Shown here piece by piece: positions 16,801-34,335 of a stretch of DNA of 64,000 nucleotides. The stretch spans positions 21,824,001 through 21,888,000 of the forward strand of contig OX597826.1 in assembly GCA_951406725.2 (NCBI GenBank). Reading direction: 5' to 3'. The position numbers were made by a program, and so were the translations under genes. How positions within the stretch are numbered: position 1 is the stretch's first letter; every line of letters begins with the position of its first letter. The notes under the pieces were generated by a model, which was not told the DNA's origin, did not search any database, and saw only the letters and a list, made by a program, of their open reading frames with translations. The DNA comes from Octopus vulgaris. Lineage: Eukaryota.

Positions 16801-17512
16801 GCAGTGACTGCAGAGGACATGCGTAGACTTGAAAGAAATGAAGCTAGCATGATCCGCTGGATATGTAGTGTCAGTGTGCACGCAAGACAGAGTGTAAGCA
16901 TCCTAAGAGAAATGCTGGATATAAGAAGCATCAGATGTGGTGTGCAAGAGCGACGCTTGCGATGGTATGGTCATGTGCTGCGGATGGATGAAGAGAGATG
17001 TGTGAAGAAGTGCCACTCCCAAACAGTTGAAGGTATCAGGGGAAGAGGTAGACCCAGGAAGACATGGGATGAGGTAGTCAAGCATAACCTCAGAGCATTG
17101 GGCCTCACTGAGGCAATGGCGAAAGACCGAGATCTCTGGAGATACGCTGTGACTGCAAAGACCCGGGCTGCTTTCTGCAGCAATTCCACATACCCCCTAC
17201 CCATTCAAAGTACCCCGGATCCCCAAAGTACCCCGGACCCAGTTGCCCCCGTGCCGCTGGCACGTTAAAAGCTCGAACCGATCGCGACCAATGCCGGACT
17301 CCCCGGCCCCTGTGCAGGTGGCACGTAAAAAGCACCCAATCCACTCACGGAGTGGTTGGCGTTAGGAAGGGCATCCAGCCGTAGAAACTCTGCCAAATCA
17401 GACTGGAGCCTGGAGCGGCCCCTGGCTTCCCAGACCCCGGTCGAACCGTCCAACCCGTGCTAGCGCGGAAAAACAGACGTTAAACGATGATGATGATGAT
17501 GATGATGATGAT
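13833..17512 (+). mobile_element. RTE-clade LINE, essentially full length
   Basis: Single long APE-RT ORF, short 5' UTR, 3' UTR ending gacgttaaac(gat)n; flanked by (TA)n. Confidence 0.95.
13993..17268 (+). pseudogene. RTE ORF (APE-RT with PHD-like insert), single premature TGA at 16672-16674
   Basis: NVGTL, IQEVRW, SAYAPQ, GDFNGHVG, QIDFIL, QFGFVPGRSTTDAIF, FVDLEKAFDRVP, GVHQGSALSP, LLYADDL, RLRWYGHV, RGRPRKTW. The frame continues after the stop (RI*IAWAKF). Confidence 0.93.
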
Positions 17513-17535
17513 ATATATATATACATATATACATT

Positions 17536-17632
<97 letters not shown>

Positions 17633-17633
17633 T

Positions 17634-17677
<44 letters not shown>

Positions 17678-17714
17678 TATACATATATACATATATATAC
17701 ATATATACATATAT

Positions 17715-17765
<51 letters not shown>

Positions 17766-17768
<3 letters not shown>

Positions 17769-19099
17769 ATTGATTGATTGATTCTAGTTTCAGCTTATGA
17801 GCTGCGGCCATGCTGGGGCTCCGCCATTTGGTGTTGCTACTTGGTTTCACTTCACGAAAGCTTTCTAGCAACTGCCATTTAGTGCATGAGAGAGTTCGAT
17901 GCAACTGCCCTCATCTGCCCCTCCTGCCGTGAAGTTGGTTCATCTGGGACACCTGACAGGAAGAGATCCAGCTTCCTTTTAAAGACATCTGCATCCACCC
18001 CATGCAGGTCTCTCTGGTTCTTCGGGAGGATATTGAAGAGCTGTGGGCCTCGGAAGCCCAGGCTATCACAGAATCTTGTCCTACATCTTGATGGCAAGTT
18101 TGGAGTCCTAGGCACCACGCAGTGGCGCCCAGTTCTGGCATTTGCGTAACTCTCGATGCCAAAGTTTAGGACACGTCCCTCCAGGATCTTCCAGATGTAT
18201 ATTATGGCATATCTTTCCCGCCTACGCTCCAGGGAATATAGTTTTAATCTCTTGAGTCTTTCCCAGTAGCTTACATTCTGCATAGAGGCTATCCTCTTCG
18301 TGTAGCTACGTTGGATCGCCTCGAGCTCTGTGATCAACTTGACACTGGATGGTGACCATAACTGAGAGCAGTAGTCAAAGTGGCTTAGGACAAGTGTCCT
18401 CCAGAGGACCATCATGGTTTCTTGTTCTCTTGTTCTAAAGGTTCTGAGGATCCATCCGGCCAGTCGTCTACATTTCATTGCCAATTTAGCAACATGTACA
18501 CGAAAGGTCGCGTCATCACTCATGTAAATACCTAGGTCACGCACTGATTGTGCCTCTGGGATTGCTATTCCTCCGGGTCCAGTGTATTCATTGGGTATTG
18601 CATTTAGTTTTGCATGCTGATAGTATAGAGCTTGAAACTTTTCAGCATTGAACTGCATGCTATTCTTTTCGGCCCACTTGTATATTTTGTCTAGCTCACA
18701 TTGCAGGTGTTTAGTGTCCTCAGGGTTCTGTATTGCCTGTGAAACTTTTGTATCATCTGCATAACTTGTGATCGTGGCTCTCTGCGTGGCTGAGGGCATG
18801 TCTGAGAGGGCCATTATGAACAGTAGTGGTCCCAGAACAGTGCCCTGCGGAACATCGCTCACTATTTGCGTGTTAATGGAAGTGGCCCCATTAGCCACTA
18901 CCACCTGACTTCTATCTTTCAGAAAGTCATGAAGCCATTCTCCCAGTTTTCCAACTATGTTGAGATCACGCAGTTTGTGACATATCATTCCATGATCGAC
19001 TTTATCAAAGGCCTTTGCAAAGTCGAGATATATCACTTCCACATTTGAGTGGTTGAGCAGCCGTTTCAGCACCCAGTCATAGTGTTGTAGGAGCTGAGT
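17766..19099 (-). mobile_element. 5'-truncated CR1-group LINE (family B)
   Basis: RT C-terminal half ([20 protein letters not shown]), 3' UTR and (AATC)n tail; near-identical to 24519-25860. Confidence 0.93.
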
Positions 19100-19127
19100 A
19101 TATATACATATATATATACATATATAC

Positions 19128-19601
<474 letters not shown>

Positions 19602-19608
19602 TACATAT

Positions 19609-22230
19609 ATGGGTGACTTCTTTAACCTCCCCAATGGGGAATGGCCTGGGGGCAGATGCTCCCAGGGATGACACACCATCAGCAGGCACAGGTGGAGTCC
19701 CTGCTCCATCTCACAAAGGCCTCTTTCATGGAGCAAACAGTTCTGCAACCAACAAGTGCAGATAATATACTGGATCTCTACTTCACAAACAATATGGATA
19801 TTATCCATAATGTTAATGTGATGCCGACAATGATCTCGGATCACAACATAATAGAGCTGTCTATGTATGGAACAAAAGCCCCCGTAGACACACAGCCTAT
19901 ACGAAGCATCCACCATCTCTCCAACTTAAACTTTCATAAAGCCAACTGGAAGTTGATTGAGGAAGAGATCCTCAAACAGGATTGGCCTGAATGTCTCTCC
20001 ACACCGGACATAAACATGAAACACAAACACTTCATGTCCATAATACAAGCCATATGTGACAAATATGTCCCAATGTGCAGGGCCAGCACACACAAGAACA
20101 AAAACAGGATCCCTAGAGAAAGGAGGATTCTTATGAGACGACGGACAAGGATTGTGAACCGCCTGAGCAAGCACACTAAAAGTGGTGAGAAGTCTCGGCT
20201 CGAAAGAATGCTAATGGAAACTGAGAAAAGTCTACATCAGTCCCATGAAAAGGAGAGAGCAGATAAAGAAGCTTGGGTAATAGAAAATAGAAAATCAAAC
20301 CCTAAAGCTTTCTTTAAGTTTGCCAAAGAGACAGCCACAGTGCACCAGAGAATAGGACCTCTCTTCCAAAAGATGGCTCCCTCACAGGAAATCCCACGAG
20401 GATAAGTGAAATACTGAACGAACAGTTCCAAAGTATGTTCACTACACCTCTAGGACACAGGCAAGTAAACAACCCAGAAGAATTCTTTGCCACTTTACCT
20501 GCGGCCAAAGAGGCAAAAATTGAGTACATCAACATCGAAGATGATGATATCACACTAGCCATAGATGAGATTGACACAAACTCAGCTGCTGGACCTGATG
20601 GATTCCCAGCGATCCTTCTCAAATCGTGCAAACAAGCCCTTGCAAAACCGCTACAGCTTCTTTTTCAGAGCTTTCTTGCAAGTGGTAAGCTCCCAGTCAA
20701 ATTGAAAGAGAGGGTAATATGCCCTATCCATAAGGGAGGTAGCAGAGCAGATGCTAAAAATTATAGGCCTATCTCTCTGACCTCACACATCAGCAAAGTC
20801 ATGGAACGAATAGTCCGTAAGAAACTAATCATGTTCCTTGAAGAAAATGACCTGCTGTCTGACACCCAGCATGGATTTCGACCAGGTAGAGGCTGCTTAA
20901 CAAAGCTCCTGCAACACTATGACTGGGTGTTGAAACAGCTACTAAATGGCTCAAATGTGGATGTAATATATCTCGACTTTGCAAAAGCCTTTGATAAGGT
21001 CGACCATGGTATGATCTGTCACAAACTGCGTGGTCTCGGCATAGGCGGAAAACTTGGAGAGTGGCTGCACAACTTCCTAAAACACAGAAAACCGGCAGTT
21101 GTGAGCAATGGAGCAACCTCCAAGGAAACGCAAATAACAAGCGGTGTCCCACAGGGCACTGTCTTGGGACCACTGATGTTCATAGTGGCCCTTTCAGATA
21201 TGCCTTCAGTTGCTACGATGACCACCCTTGCTAGCTATGCAGATGACACAAAAGTCTCCCACGCAATACAAAACCCTGAAAATATTGTGCATCTGCAACA
21301 GGAGCTGGACACAATATACAGGTGGGCTGAGGACAACAACATGCAGTTTAATGCAGGTAAGTTCCAGGCCCTGCACTACTGGCACACAAATGTAAACGAC
21401 GTGAAGACTCGATACACTGGCCCAGGAAGAATTGCAATCTCTGAGTCAAAATCAGTGCGTGACCTGGGCATTGACATGAGCAATGATGCATCTTTCCAAG
21501 TGCATATTGCTAATCTGGTGATAAAATGCAGACGGCTAGCTGGATGGATTCTCCGAAATTTCAGAACAAGAGAGAAGGAGACACTGATGGTCCTATGGAA
21601 AACATTCGTCCTCATCCGCTTGGACTACTGCTCCCAACTGTGGTCACCACACAATATAAAACTAACAGCAGAACTCGAAGCAACTCAGAGAAGCTACACA
21701 AAGAAAATCGTCTCAATGCAAAATATCAGCTACTGAGAAAGACTGAAGGTATTAAACCTCTTCTCCCTAGAGCGAAGGCGAGAGATATATGCGGTGATAT
21801 ACATCTGGAAAATCCTGGAGGGTCTTGTCCCAAACTTTGGCATTCAAAGTTACCCCAACCGCAGAACAGGGCGCCACTGCATGGTGCCAAGGATTCCAAC
21901 ATCACCATCAAAATACAGGTCCAGATACTGCAACAGCTTGGGTTTCAGAGGACCACAGCTCTTTAACATCCTCCCTAAATGCCTGAGAGACTTACATGGT
22001 GTGGATGTGGGTTTCTTTAAAACTAAACTGGATCTCTTCTTGTCGGGAGTCCCAGATGAACCTACCTCACGACAGGAGACGCGGATGCAGGCAGCAGCAT
22101 CAAACTCCCTTGTTGATCAAGTGCCACGTATCAGAGGTGGATTCACAAATTAGTGTAGCTCATTCAGCGGTGGTGCCCCAGCATGGCCGCAGCCTTCGGG
22201 CTGAAACATTTTTAAGGATTTTAAGGATTT
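19609..22230 (+). mobile_element. 5'-truncated CR1-group LINE (family C), disrupted ORF2
   Basis: Starts in the APE domain (GDF..NLP, LDLYF, SDH); frameshift near 20370; RT 20435-21736 with TGA at 21734; C-terminus to 22153; (TTTTAAGGA)n tail. Confidence 0.93.
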
Positions 22231-22279
22231 ATATGCATATATATAAATATGTATATATATATATATATATACATATATG

Positions 22280-22320
<41 letters not shown>

Positions 22321-22338
22321 ATACATATATATATATAC

Positions 22339-22389
<51 letters not shown>

Positions 22390-22390
22390 C

Positions 22391-24197
<1,807 letters not shown>

Positions 24198-24209
24198 GTA
24201 TATATATAT

Positions 24210-24258
<49 letters not shown>

Positions 24259-24309
24259 CACACACATATATATATACACACACACACACACATATATATA
24301 TATACACAC

Positions 24310-24358
<49 letters not shown>

Positions 24359-24611
24359 CGTGTATATATATACACATATATACATATATATATACTCATA
24401 TATATATATATATATATACATATATATACATATATACATATATATACATATATATATATACACACACACACATATATATATATACATATATATATATACA
24501 TACATATATACATATCTATGATTGATTGATTGATTGATTGATTCTAGTTTCAGCTTATGAGCTGTGGCCATGCTGGGGCACCACCATTTGGTGTTGCTAC
24601 TTGGTTTCACT

Positions 24612-27606
24612 TCACGAAAGCTTTCTAGCAACTGCCATTTGGTGCATGAGAGAGTTCGATGCAGCTGCCCTCATCTGCCCCTCCTGCCGTGAAGTTGGTT
24701 CATCTGGGACACCTGACAGGAAGAGATCCAGCTTCATTTTAAAGACATCTGCATCCACCCCATGCAGGTCTCTCTGGTTCTTCGGGAGGATATTGAAGAG
24801 CTGTGGGCCTCGGAAGCCCAGGCTATCACAGAATCTTGTCCTACATCTTGATGGCAAGTCTGGAGTCCTAGGCACCACGCAGTGGCGCCCAGTTCTGGCA
24901 TTTGCGTAACTCTCAATGCCAAAGTTCAGCACACGTCCCTCCAGGATCTTCCAGATGTATATTATGGCATATCTTTCCCGCCTACGCTCCAGGGAATATA
25001 GTTTTAATCTCTTGAGTCTTTCCCAGTAGCTTACATTCTGCATAGAGGCTATCTTCTTCGTGTAGCTACGTTGGATCGCCTCGAGCTCTGTGATCAACTT
25101 GACACTGGATGGTGACCATAACTGAGAGCAGTAGTCAAAGTGGCTTAGGACAAGTGTCCTCCAGAGGACCATCATGGTTTCTTGTTCTCTTGTTCTAAAG
25201 GTTCTGAGGATCCATCCGGCCAGTCGTCTACATTTCATTGCCAATTTAGCAACATGTACACGAAAGGTCGCGTCATCACTCATGTAAATACCTAGGTCAC
25301 GCACTGATTGTGCCTCTGGGATTGCTATTCCTCCGGGTCCAGTGTATTCATTGGGTATTGCATTTAGTTTTGCATGCTGATAGTATAGAGCTTGAAACTT
25401 TTCAGCATTGAACTGCATGCTATTCTTTTCGGCCCACTTGTATATTTTGTCTAGCTCACATTGCAGGTGTTTAGTGTCCTCAGGGTTCTGTATTGCCTGT
25501 GAAACTTTTGTATCATCTGCATAACTTGTGATCGTGGCTCTCTGCGTGGCTGAGGGCATGTCTGAGAGGGCCATTATGAACAGTAGTGGTCCCAGAACAG
25601 TGCCCTGCGGAACATCGCTCACTATTTGCGTGTTAATGGAAGTGGCCCCATTGGCCACTACCACCTGACTTCTATCTTTCAGAAAGTCATGAAGCCATTC
25701 TCCCAGTTTTCCAACTATGTTGAGATCACGCAGTTTGTGACATATCATTCCATGATCGACTTTATCAAAGGCCTTTGCAAAGTCGAGATATATCACTTCC
25801 ACATTTGAGTGGTTGAGCAGCCGTTTCAGCACCCAGTCATAGTGTTGTAGGAGCTGAGTTAAACAGCTTCTCCCTGGTCGAAAACCATGTTGGGTGTCGG
25901 GCAGCAAGTCATTCTCTTCAAGGAAGGTGATCAGCTTCCTTCTGATTTCGTTCCATGACCTTGCTGATGTGTGAGGTCAGAGAGATAGGTCTATAGTTCT
26001 TGGCTTCTGCTCTGCTACCTCCTTTATGAATGGGGCATATTTTACCTTCCTTCAGTTTTCTTGGAAGTTTGCCAGCTGCAAGGAAGCTCTGAAAGAGGAA
26101 CTGCAGTGGTCTTGCTAGGACTCTCTTACATGCTTTTAGGAGGATTGCCGGGAATCCATCGGGGCCAGTAGCTGAGTCTGTTTTCATTTCATCTATAGCC
26201 TTGATTACATCGTCTTCCTTTATATCGATGTAATCTATCGTCACTGCCTCTGATTTTATATCTGCAGTGGTATAAAAGTTAGTTGGATTGGTGATTTGGA
26301 GATGCCCAAGGGGTGGAGTGAAAATACTCTTGAATTGCTCATTCAGTATTTCACTTACCCTCATTGGTTTTCCTGTGAGTGTGCCATCCTTTTCGAGGAG
26401 TGGCCCTATTCTACAGTGCACCGTAGCTGTTTCTTTGGCATACCTGTAGAAAGCTCTGGGGTTAGATTTTATGTTGTCTATAGCCCAGGCTTCTTTGCCT
26501 GCTCTTTCCTTTTCATGGGAGAGTTGCAGACATTTTTCGATTTCCAACAGTTTTATTTTTAGGCGGGACTTTTCACTGCTTTCAATCTGTTTGTTTAGGC
26601 GATTTGAAAATTTTGTACGCCGTCTCATTAAAATTTTCCTCTCTCTGGGGATTTTGTTCTTGTGTACAGTGGCCTTTCTCTCTGGGACACATTTGTAGCA
26701 TATGGCTTGCATTACAGACATGAATTGTTGAAGTTTCACGTCGATGTCTGGCAAGGAGAGACATTTAGACCAGTTTTGTTTGAGGATCTCTTTCTCAATT
26801 TGTTTCCAGTTTGCCTTATGGTAGTTCAAGCTGGAAAGATTCTGAGGGTTTCTTGTAGGCTGCATGTCCGTGCTCTCTTTTGGCCCGTACATGGTCAGCT
26901 CTATCATGTTGTGATCCGAGAGTAGTGTCGGTGTCACTTTCACATTATGGATAAGATCCATGTCATTTGTGAAGCAGAGATCCAGTGTGTTACCTGCCCT
27001 GGTTGGTTGGAGTATTACTTGCTCCATGTACAGGGTGTTGATGAGGTTCAGGAGGGACCTCGCCTGTCCTCGTTCACATCTTGTCATTCCTGGGAGAGAA
27101 AGGCCCTCGGGCCATCTGACATTGGGCAGATTGAAGTCTCCCATAAGAAGTACACTTATGTGTTGTTCTAATGTGGTTAGAACTTCTTCTATTTTTATAA
27201 GGCAGTCTTCAAACTTGCCCACATGGCTTGGGGCATCTGGAGGGCGATATGTAGCACACACAACTACATCAAGTTGCCTAATATGTACAATTAGTGTGTC
27301 ACACACCGAGTTTGAGTATGACAAGAGGACCTGGGGTGTGAGGTCCTCACGGATGTACATAGCAACACCTCCATGACTCCTTTCTTTCCTGTCGGTCCGT
27401 AGTACAGCATACTGTGGTATGTGTAACTCCGCATCTGCTATATCCGGTTTCAGGTGCGTTTCAGTAAGTGCTATGCATAAGGCTTGATTGCATGCAACAA
27501 AGTCTCTCAGGAACGGGATTTTTGTCCTGTTACTGAGTGTTTGCAATCCTCTGGTGTTCAGTAGGAGCATCGAGGTGAGGTGTACGTTGTTGCCGGCGGT
27601 GTCCAT
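24612..27606 (-). pseudogene. LINE ORF2 (APE + RT), frameshift near 25945
   Basis: LNTRGL, ALTETHL, GGVAMYI, YRPPD, MGDFNLP, LDLCF, SDH, NYRPISLTS; MER-NQK replaces MERIVRK seen in family C; RT continues 24612-25907. Confidence 0.92.
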
Positions 27607-28213
27607 CCTGGGTCTGTTTGCTGTGGTGGTCTGGTATATAGTGGGCTTGGGTTTGATGAAGCCAGGTCAGCTGCTGTACAATCTTTTATGCCATGCACAA
27701 AAAAAGATTCTTGCTCAGCAGCTGCCCTTTCGACAACATCATGTTGGTGGTTTGTGGCACGCACCACATCTGCGTACCTCCGCTTTGGGGCAAGTGGTGC
27801 GTGGTCCATCCCTTTTCCTTGTGTTGATGGTTTGTCCATCTGCCTCGTGTCTCTGTGGCAGGGTCCCCGATGTGCAAAGCGGCAGCCTGCACCTTCCTTT
27901 CCATGCCAGCAGGAACCTCTCAGGTAGAACCTACACACCCGTGTGCGCTGTTTGTTTCCATCTTTTGCGGTTCCACTTCTATTCCTGGTTTTTTCACCCT
28001 TTGGTCCTGCTTGAGCTTTTCCTTTAGCTCTTCCAGCCCTTCTTTTAGTTCTTCCTCCTCCCTCTACCTCTTCACTGGGTTCTCCGTCTCCATGGCCCTT
28101 GCTGCCGGTTGGAGAACTTGCACCTGGGTTCACTTCCCGGGCAGGTTTCTCATTGAAAACCTCCTCCCGGGCGTCCACCAGGCGGGGGTGACTTCTTTCA
28201 TCGTCTCCATTCT
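27558..28213 (-). CDS. LINE ORF1 (basic region + CCCH zinc finger), possibly 5'-truncated
   Basis: [23 protein letters not shown] (C-x7-C-x8-C-x3-H) and YADVVR motif upstream of ORF2. Confidence 0.7.
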
Positions 28214-28228
28214 TATATACATATATAT

Positions 28229-28343
<115 letters not shown>

Positions 28344-28424
28344 TAATTAAGGGTAGAAATTGATATTTATCAATTAAGACCAGTGGTCTAGCATATTAAA
28401 AAAGAATCCGAAGATTAAAATATT

Positions 28425-28630
28425 TATATATACCAATTAATGATTGAACACGAAAAGTGGACAGTCAACATGCTAGATATAGACGTCAAATCGCCATTCA
28501 CCACAAAAGATTATGTTCTCAGATCAATTGATCTGAGAACATAATCTTTTGTGGTGAATGGCGATTTGACGTCTATATCTAGCATGTTGACTGTCCACTT
28601 TTCGTGTTCAGTCCTTAATTGGTATATATA
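28425..28630. repeat. 206-bp spacerless palindrome
   Basis: Centre gatcaa|ttgatc at 28527/28528; perfect from 28445 to 28610, two mismatches beyond. Confidence 0.95.
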
Positions 28631-29343
<713 letters not shown>

Positions 29344-29873
29344 TGATTGATTTTGATTGATTGATTCTAGTTTCAGCTTATGAGCTGTGGCCATGCTGGG
29401 GCACCGCCATTTGGTGTTGCTACTTGGTTTCACTTCACGAAAGCTTTCTAGCAACTGCCATTTGGTGTATGAGAGAGTTCGATGCAGCTGCCATCATCTG
29501 CCCCTCCTGCCGTGAAGTCGGTCCATCTGGGACACCTGACAGGAAGAGATCCAGCTTCATTTTAAAGACATCTGCATCCACCCCATGCAGGTCTCTCAGG
29601 TTCTTCGGGAGGATATTGAAGAGCTGTGGGCCTCGGAAGCCCAGACTATCACAGAATCTTGTCCTACATCTTGATGGCAAGTTTGGAGTCCTAGGCACCA
29701 CGCAGTGGCACCCAGTTCTGGCATTTGCGTAACTCTCGATGCCAAAGTTCAGGACACGTCCCTCCAGGATCTTCCAGATGTATATTATGGCATATCTTTC
29801 CCGCCTACGCTCCAGGGAATGTAGTTTTAATCTCTTGAGTCTTTCCCAGTAGCTTACATTCTGCATAGAGGCT
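29344..29873 (-). mobile_element. Short 5'-truncated CR1-group LINE (family B)
   Basis: ORF2 C-terminus ([10 protein letters not shown]...SNSL), 3' UTR and (AATC)n tail; near-identical to the other family B copies. Confidence 0.93.
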
Positions 29874-29890
29874 ATATATATATATATATG

Positions 29891-29983
<93 letters not shown>

Positions 29984-30008
29984 GTATATATATATATATA
30001 TATGTATA

Positions 30009-30125
<117 letters not shown>

Positions 30126-30226
30126 TACATATATATACATATATATATAGATATATATACATATATATACATATATATATATATATACATATATATACAT
30201 GTATATATATATATATATACATATAT

Positions 30227-30305
<79 letters not shown>

Positions 30306-30325
30306 GTATATATACATATATATAT

Positions 30326-31606
30326 TCCATTTCTCCATTCATAGTTTTGAATGATGTTCGTTTCCAGAGCGGGAATACTTTTTATACATATGTTGGGTTC
30401 CTATGGTAACGTAATTTTGTTTGACGTTTTTAACGGATAGAATTTAATTTCACTTCATAATTTGAAAATGACTTGAAAGTATGTATATTTTTTCTCATTA
30501 TGTTAATCTTGTTACTTTTGATATTCAGGTTACTTATGAAGTATTTTATATATCGTATTATGTGTAGTAATGTTGTTTTTCTTTTGAGTGTTTATGTATG
30601 TGGGAATGTGTGTGTGTATGTGCGTAGTTTGGTTGTGTAATTTATTTATCTGTATGAGTGTGGGTGTGAGAATATTGTTGTATATGTCGAGTTTAGTAGG
30701 TATGTATATGTATATGTGAGGGGGTATACGAATATGTTGTGTGTGTGTGTTTTACGTATGTATATTTGTGTGTGAATGTGTATATGGGTTTGCTATATAG
30801 GTGTAATTGTGTATGGTAGGGGGAGTTTTATCATAATATGTATGTGGGTTTCATTTATCATGATCGTTTATTGGTGTTTTGTAGTAGATTCTGTATATTT
30901 AAGTTGATTATATATTATTCCATTTATAATTTAAAAAAAAAAAAAAAACGTTCGATCAACAAGTGCAAAGAATTATTTATTTTGCTTTTGAGTGTTTATG
31001 TATGTGTGAATGGGTGTGTGTGTGTGTTTGTATATGTATGTGTGAGCGGGTATACGTATATTGTTTATGAATGTGGGTTGTATGTGTGTGTGAGGGAGTA
31101 TGAATAAGTATTGTGTTGAAGTATTTGGCTATTTTATTTATTTATCGCTGCCTAGACGTTTTTATGTGTATGTATACGGATATATATATAGGTGTGTGAT
31201 TTAGTGTATGTATTTAGATATGGTTATATAATTAGTTATATGTGTATGGGTGTATATATAGTTTATTTTCATTTTGTTTTATATTTATATTTTTATTTAT
31301 ATTTATATTTAATTGTTGATAGGTTTATTTTAGTTTATATATTGTTTATATATTGATTATATATGGTTTATATATAGGTTATATATAGATTATATATTTA
31401 TATTTTTTCATTGATACTTTAATTATTTTAAAATTATTATTTTTTATATTTTAAAATATTGATATTTTAGATTGGAAGTCCACCTGAAGATTGTCGATCA
31501 GGACAAGAAACAATTGTAGTGGCGGTTTTTTTGACTTTTTAAAAAATCTTATGTATTGATTAAGTCTTTCCTTGTTTGTTTTGCAAAATAGTGGTTTTGT
31601 CTCTAA

Positions 31607-31615
<9 letters not shown>
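30326..31615 (+). mobile_element. Probable Penelope-like non-coding 3' region/pLTR
   Basis: T/G-rich low-complexity body ending in a canonical hammerhead (31480-31522) ~90 bp before a (TA)n tract, the same layout as 22582-23450. Confidence 0.5.
31480..31522 (+). ncRNA. Minimal type I hammerhead ribozyme
   Basis: ccac-CTGAAGA-ttgtc(gatcag)gacaa-GAAA-caattg-TA-gtgg. All three stems pair and stem III is palindromic. Confidence 0.92.
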
Positions 31616-32720
<1,105 letters not shown>

Positions 32721-32915
32721 TGAAATAGAAAGATGAATTTTCTTGTTACAGATTATTCAAAAGTTTGACCGATACCTGGGTAGCAAAAATCACAGCAGAA
32801 AAAAGCACGGTTGGAGATAAGACCAGTTGGTGTTGCAACCGTGCGTTGGTGCGGATAATTGAAGTTTAATATTATTAGTGAATGGAAGAAATGGAGTTGA
32901 ACGAAGATTGTACAG

Positions 32916-33024
32916 AATTCCTTTTATTACATTCTACACATGTTTCAAAGGCCACAAATTTCCAAATTCTTATTAAATAAGGGTACCATATTGTGGCTTT
33001 CTCTTCAGGAAAAAACAGGAATTC
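32916..33024 (-). ncRNA. Type I hammerhead ribozyme with extended stem II
   Basis: Minus strand: ttttc-CTGAAGA-gaaagccaca...tgtggccttt-GAAA-catgtg-TA-gaa. Paralogue of 6953-7061. Confidence 0.85.
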
Positions 33025-33110
33025 CGTTTACAGAACAAAACAAAACAGAGGCGCGTATATGTATATATACATATATGTATGAGTGGGTATATATATATAT
33101 ATATATATAT

Positions 33111-34030
33111 TGTACTTACTCGACAGAGCGTTAGTACCTTGAGAGAAATGTTGTACCTAAGAAGCATCAGTTGTTGTGTGCAAGAGAGACGATTGCGCTG
33201 GTATGGTCATGTGGCGAGAATGGATGAAGATAGGTGTGTGAGAAAGTGCCAATCCCTAGCAGTTGAGGGAACCCGTGGAAGAGGTAGACCCAGGAAAACC
33301 TGGGACGAGGTGGTGAAGCACGACCTTCGGACGTTAGGTCTCACCATGGAAATGACTAGAGACCGAGACCTATGGAAGTATGCTGTGCGTGAGAAGACCC
33401 GGCAAGACTAGTGAAGCCATAATCCGTGGCCCCTACCTGGGACGTAGTCCACCTGTGCATACCTTCCTTCTTGTGACACTTGTGAAGACCTGTTGAGGCA
33501 AGTGAGAATCGAATCGTATCGAATCAAATCGAACCAAATCAAAATAGATGAACATCAATGGAATTTGTATCCTTGTGGTACAATTAGTGCCGGTGGCACA
33601 TAAGAAAACCATCCGAACGTGACCGTAGCCAGTACCGCAATGACTGGCCTCCGTGCTGAGGGCACGTAACAAACACCATCCGAGCGTGGCCATCCGCCAG
33701 CCTCGTGTGGCACCTGTGTCGGTGACACATAAGAAAACACCATCCGAGCGTGGCCGTCTGCCAGCCTCGTCTGGCACCTGTGTCGGTGGCACATAAAAAA
33801 CACCATCCGAGCGTGGCCGTCTGCCAGCCTCGTCTGGCACCTGTGTCGGTGGCACATAAAATCACCCACTACACTCTCAGAGTGGTTGGCGTTAGGAAGG
33901 GCATCCAGCTGTAGAAACACTGCCACATCTGACTGGCCTGGTGCAGCCTTCGGGCTTCCCAGACCCCAGTTGAACCGTCCAACCCATGCTAGCATGGAAA
34001 GCGGACGTTAAACGATGATGATGATGATGA
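33111..34030 (+). mobile_element. 5'-truncated RTE LINE
   Basis: VQERRLRWYGHV...RGRPRKTWDEVV; 3' UTR homologous to 17320-17512 with (GAT)n tail. Confidence 0.92.
33590..33860 (+). repeat. ~63-bp tandem repeat in RTE 3' UTR
   Basis: Unit acaccatccgagcgtggccgtctgccagcctcgtctggcacctgtgtcggtggcacataa, three close copies plus one diverged copy. Confidence 0.9.
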
Positions 34031-34140
34031 TATATATATATATATATATATAAGTGTACGCTAGTGTGTCGATGTATATGTAGGTATGTAGAGTTATGTG
34101 TATGTGCATGTATATGTGTGTATATACAGATGTGTAGATG

Positions 34141-34213
<73 letters not shown>

Positions 34214-34304
34214 GAAGGTATGTAGAGTTATACGTATGTGCATGTATGTATATGTATGTATGTATGTATGTATGTGTGTATATATGCATATGTGTAGATG
34301 GTTG

Positions 34305-34335
<31 letters not shown>

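Larger units (their letters stand above)
24519..28213 (-). mobile_element. CR1-group LINE (family B), near full length
   Basis: ORF1 with CCCH finger, APE-RT ORF2, 3' stem-loop, (AATC)n tail; (TA)n flanks. Confidence 0.94.

Noticed and set aside
33590-33860. CRISPR-like appearance of hairpin-containing repeats
   Set aside because: Units are contiguous with no unique spacers, lie in an RTE 3' UTR, and no cas genes are present.
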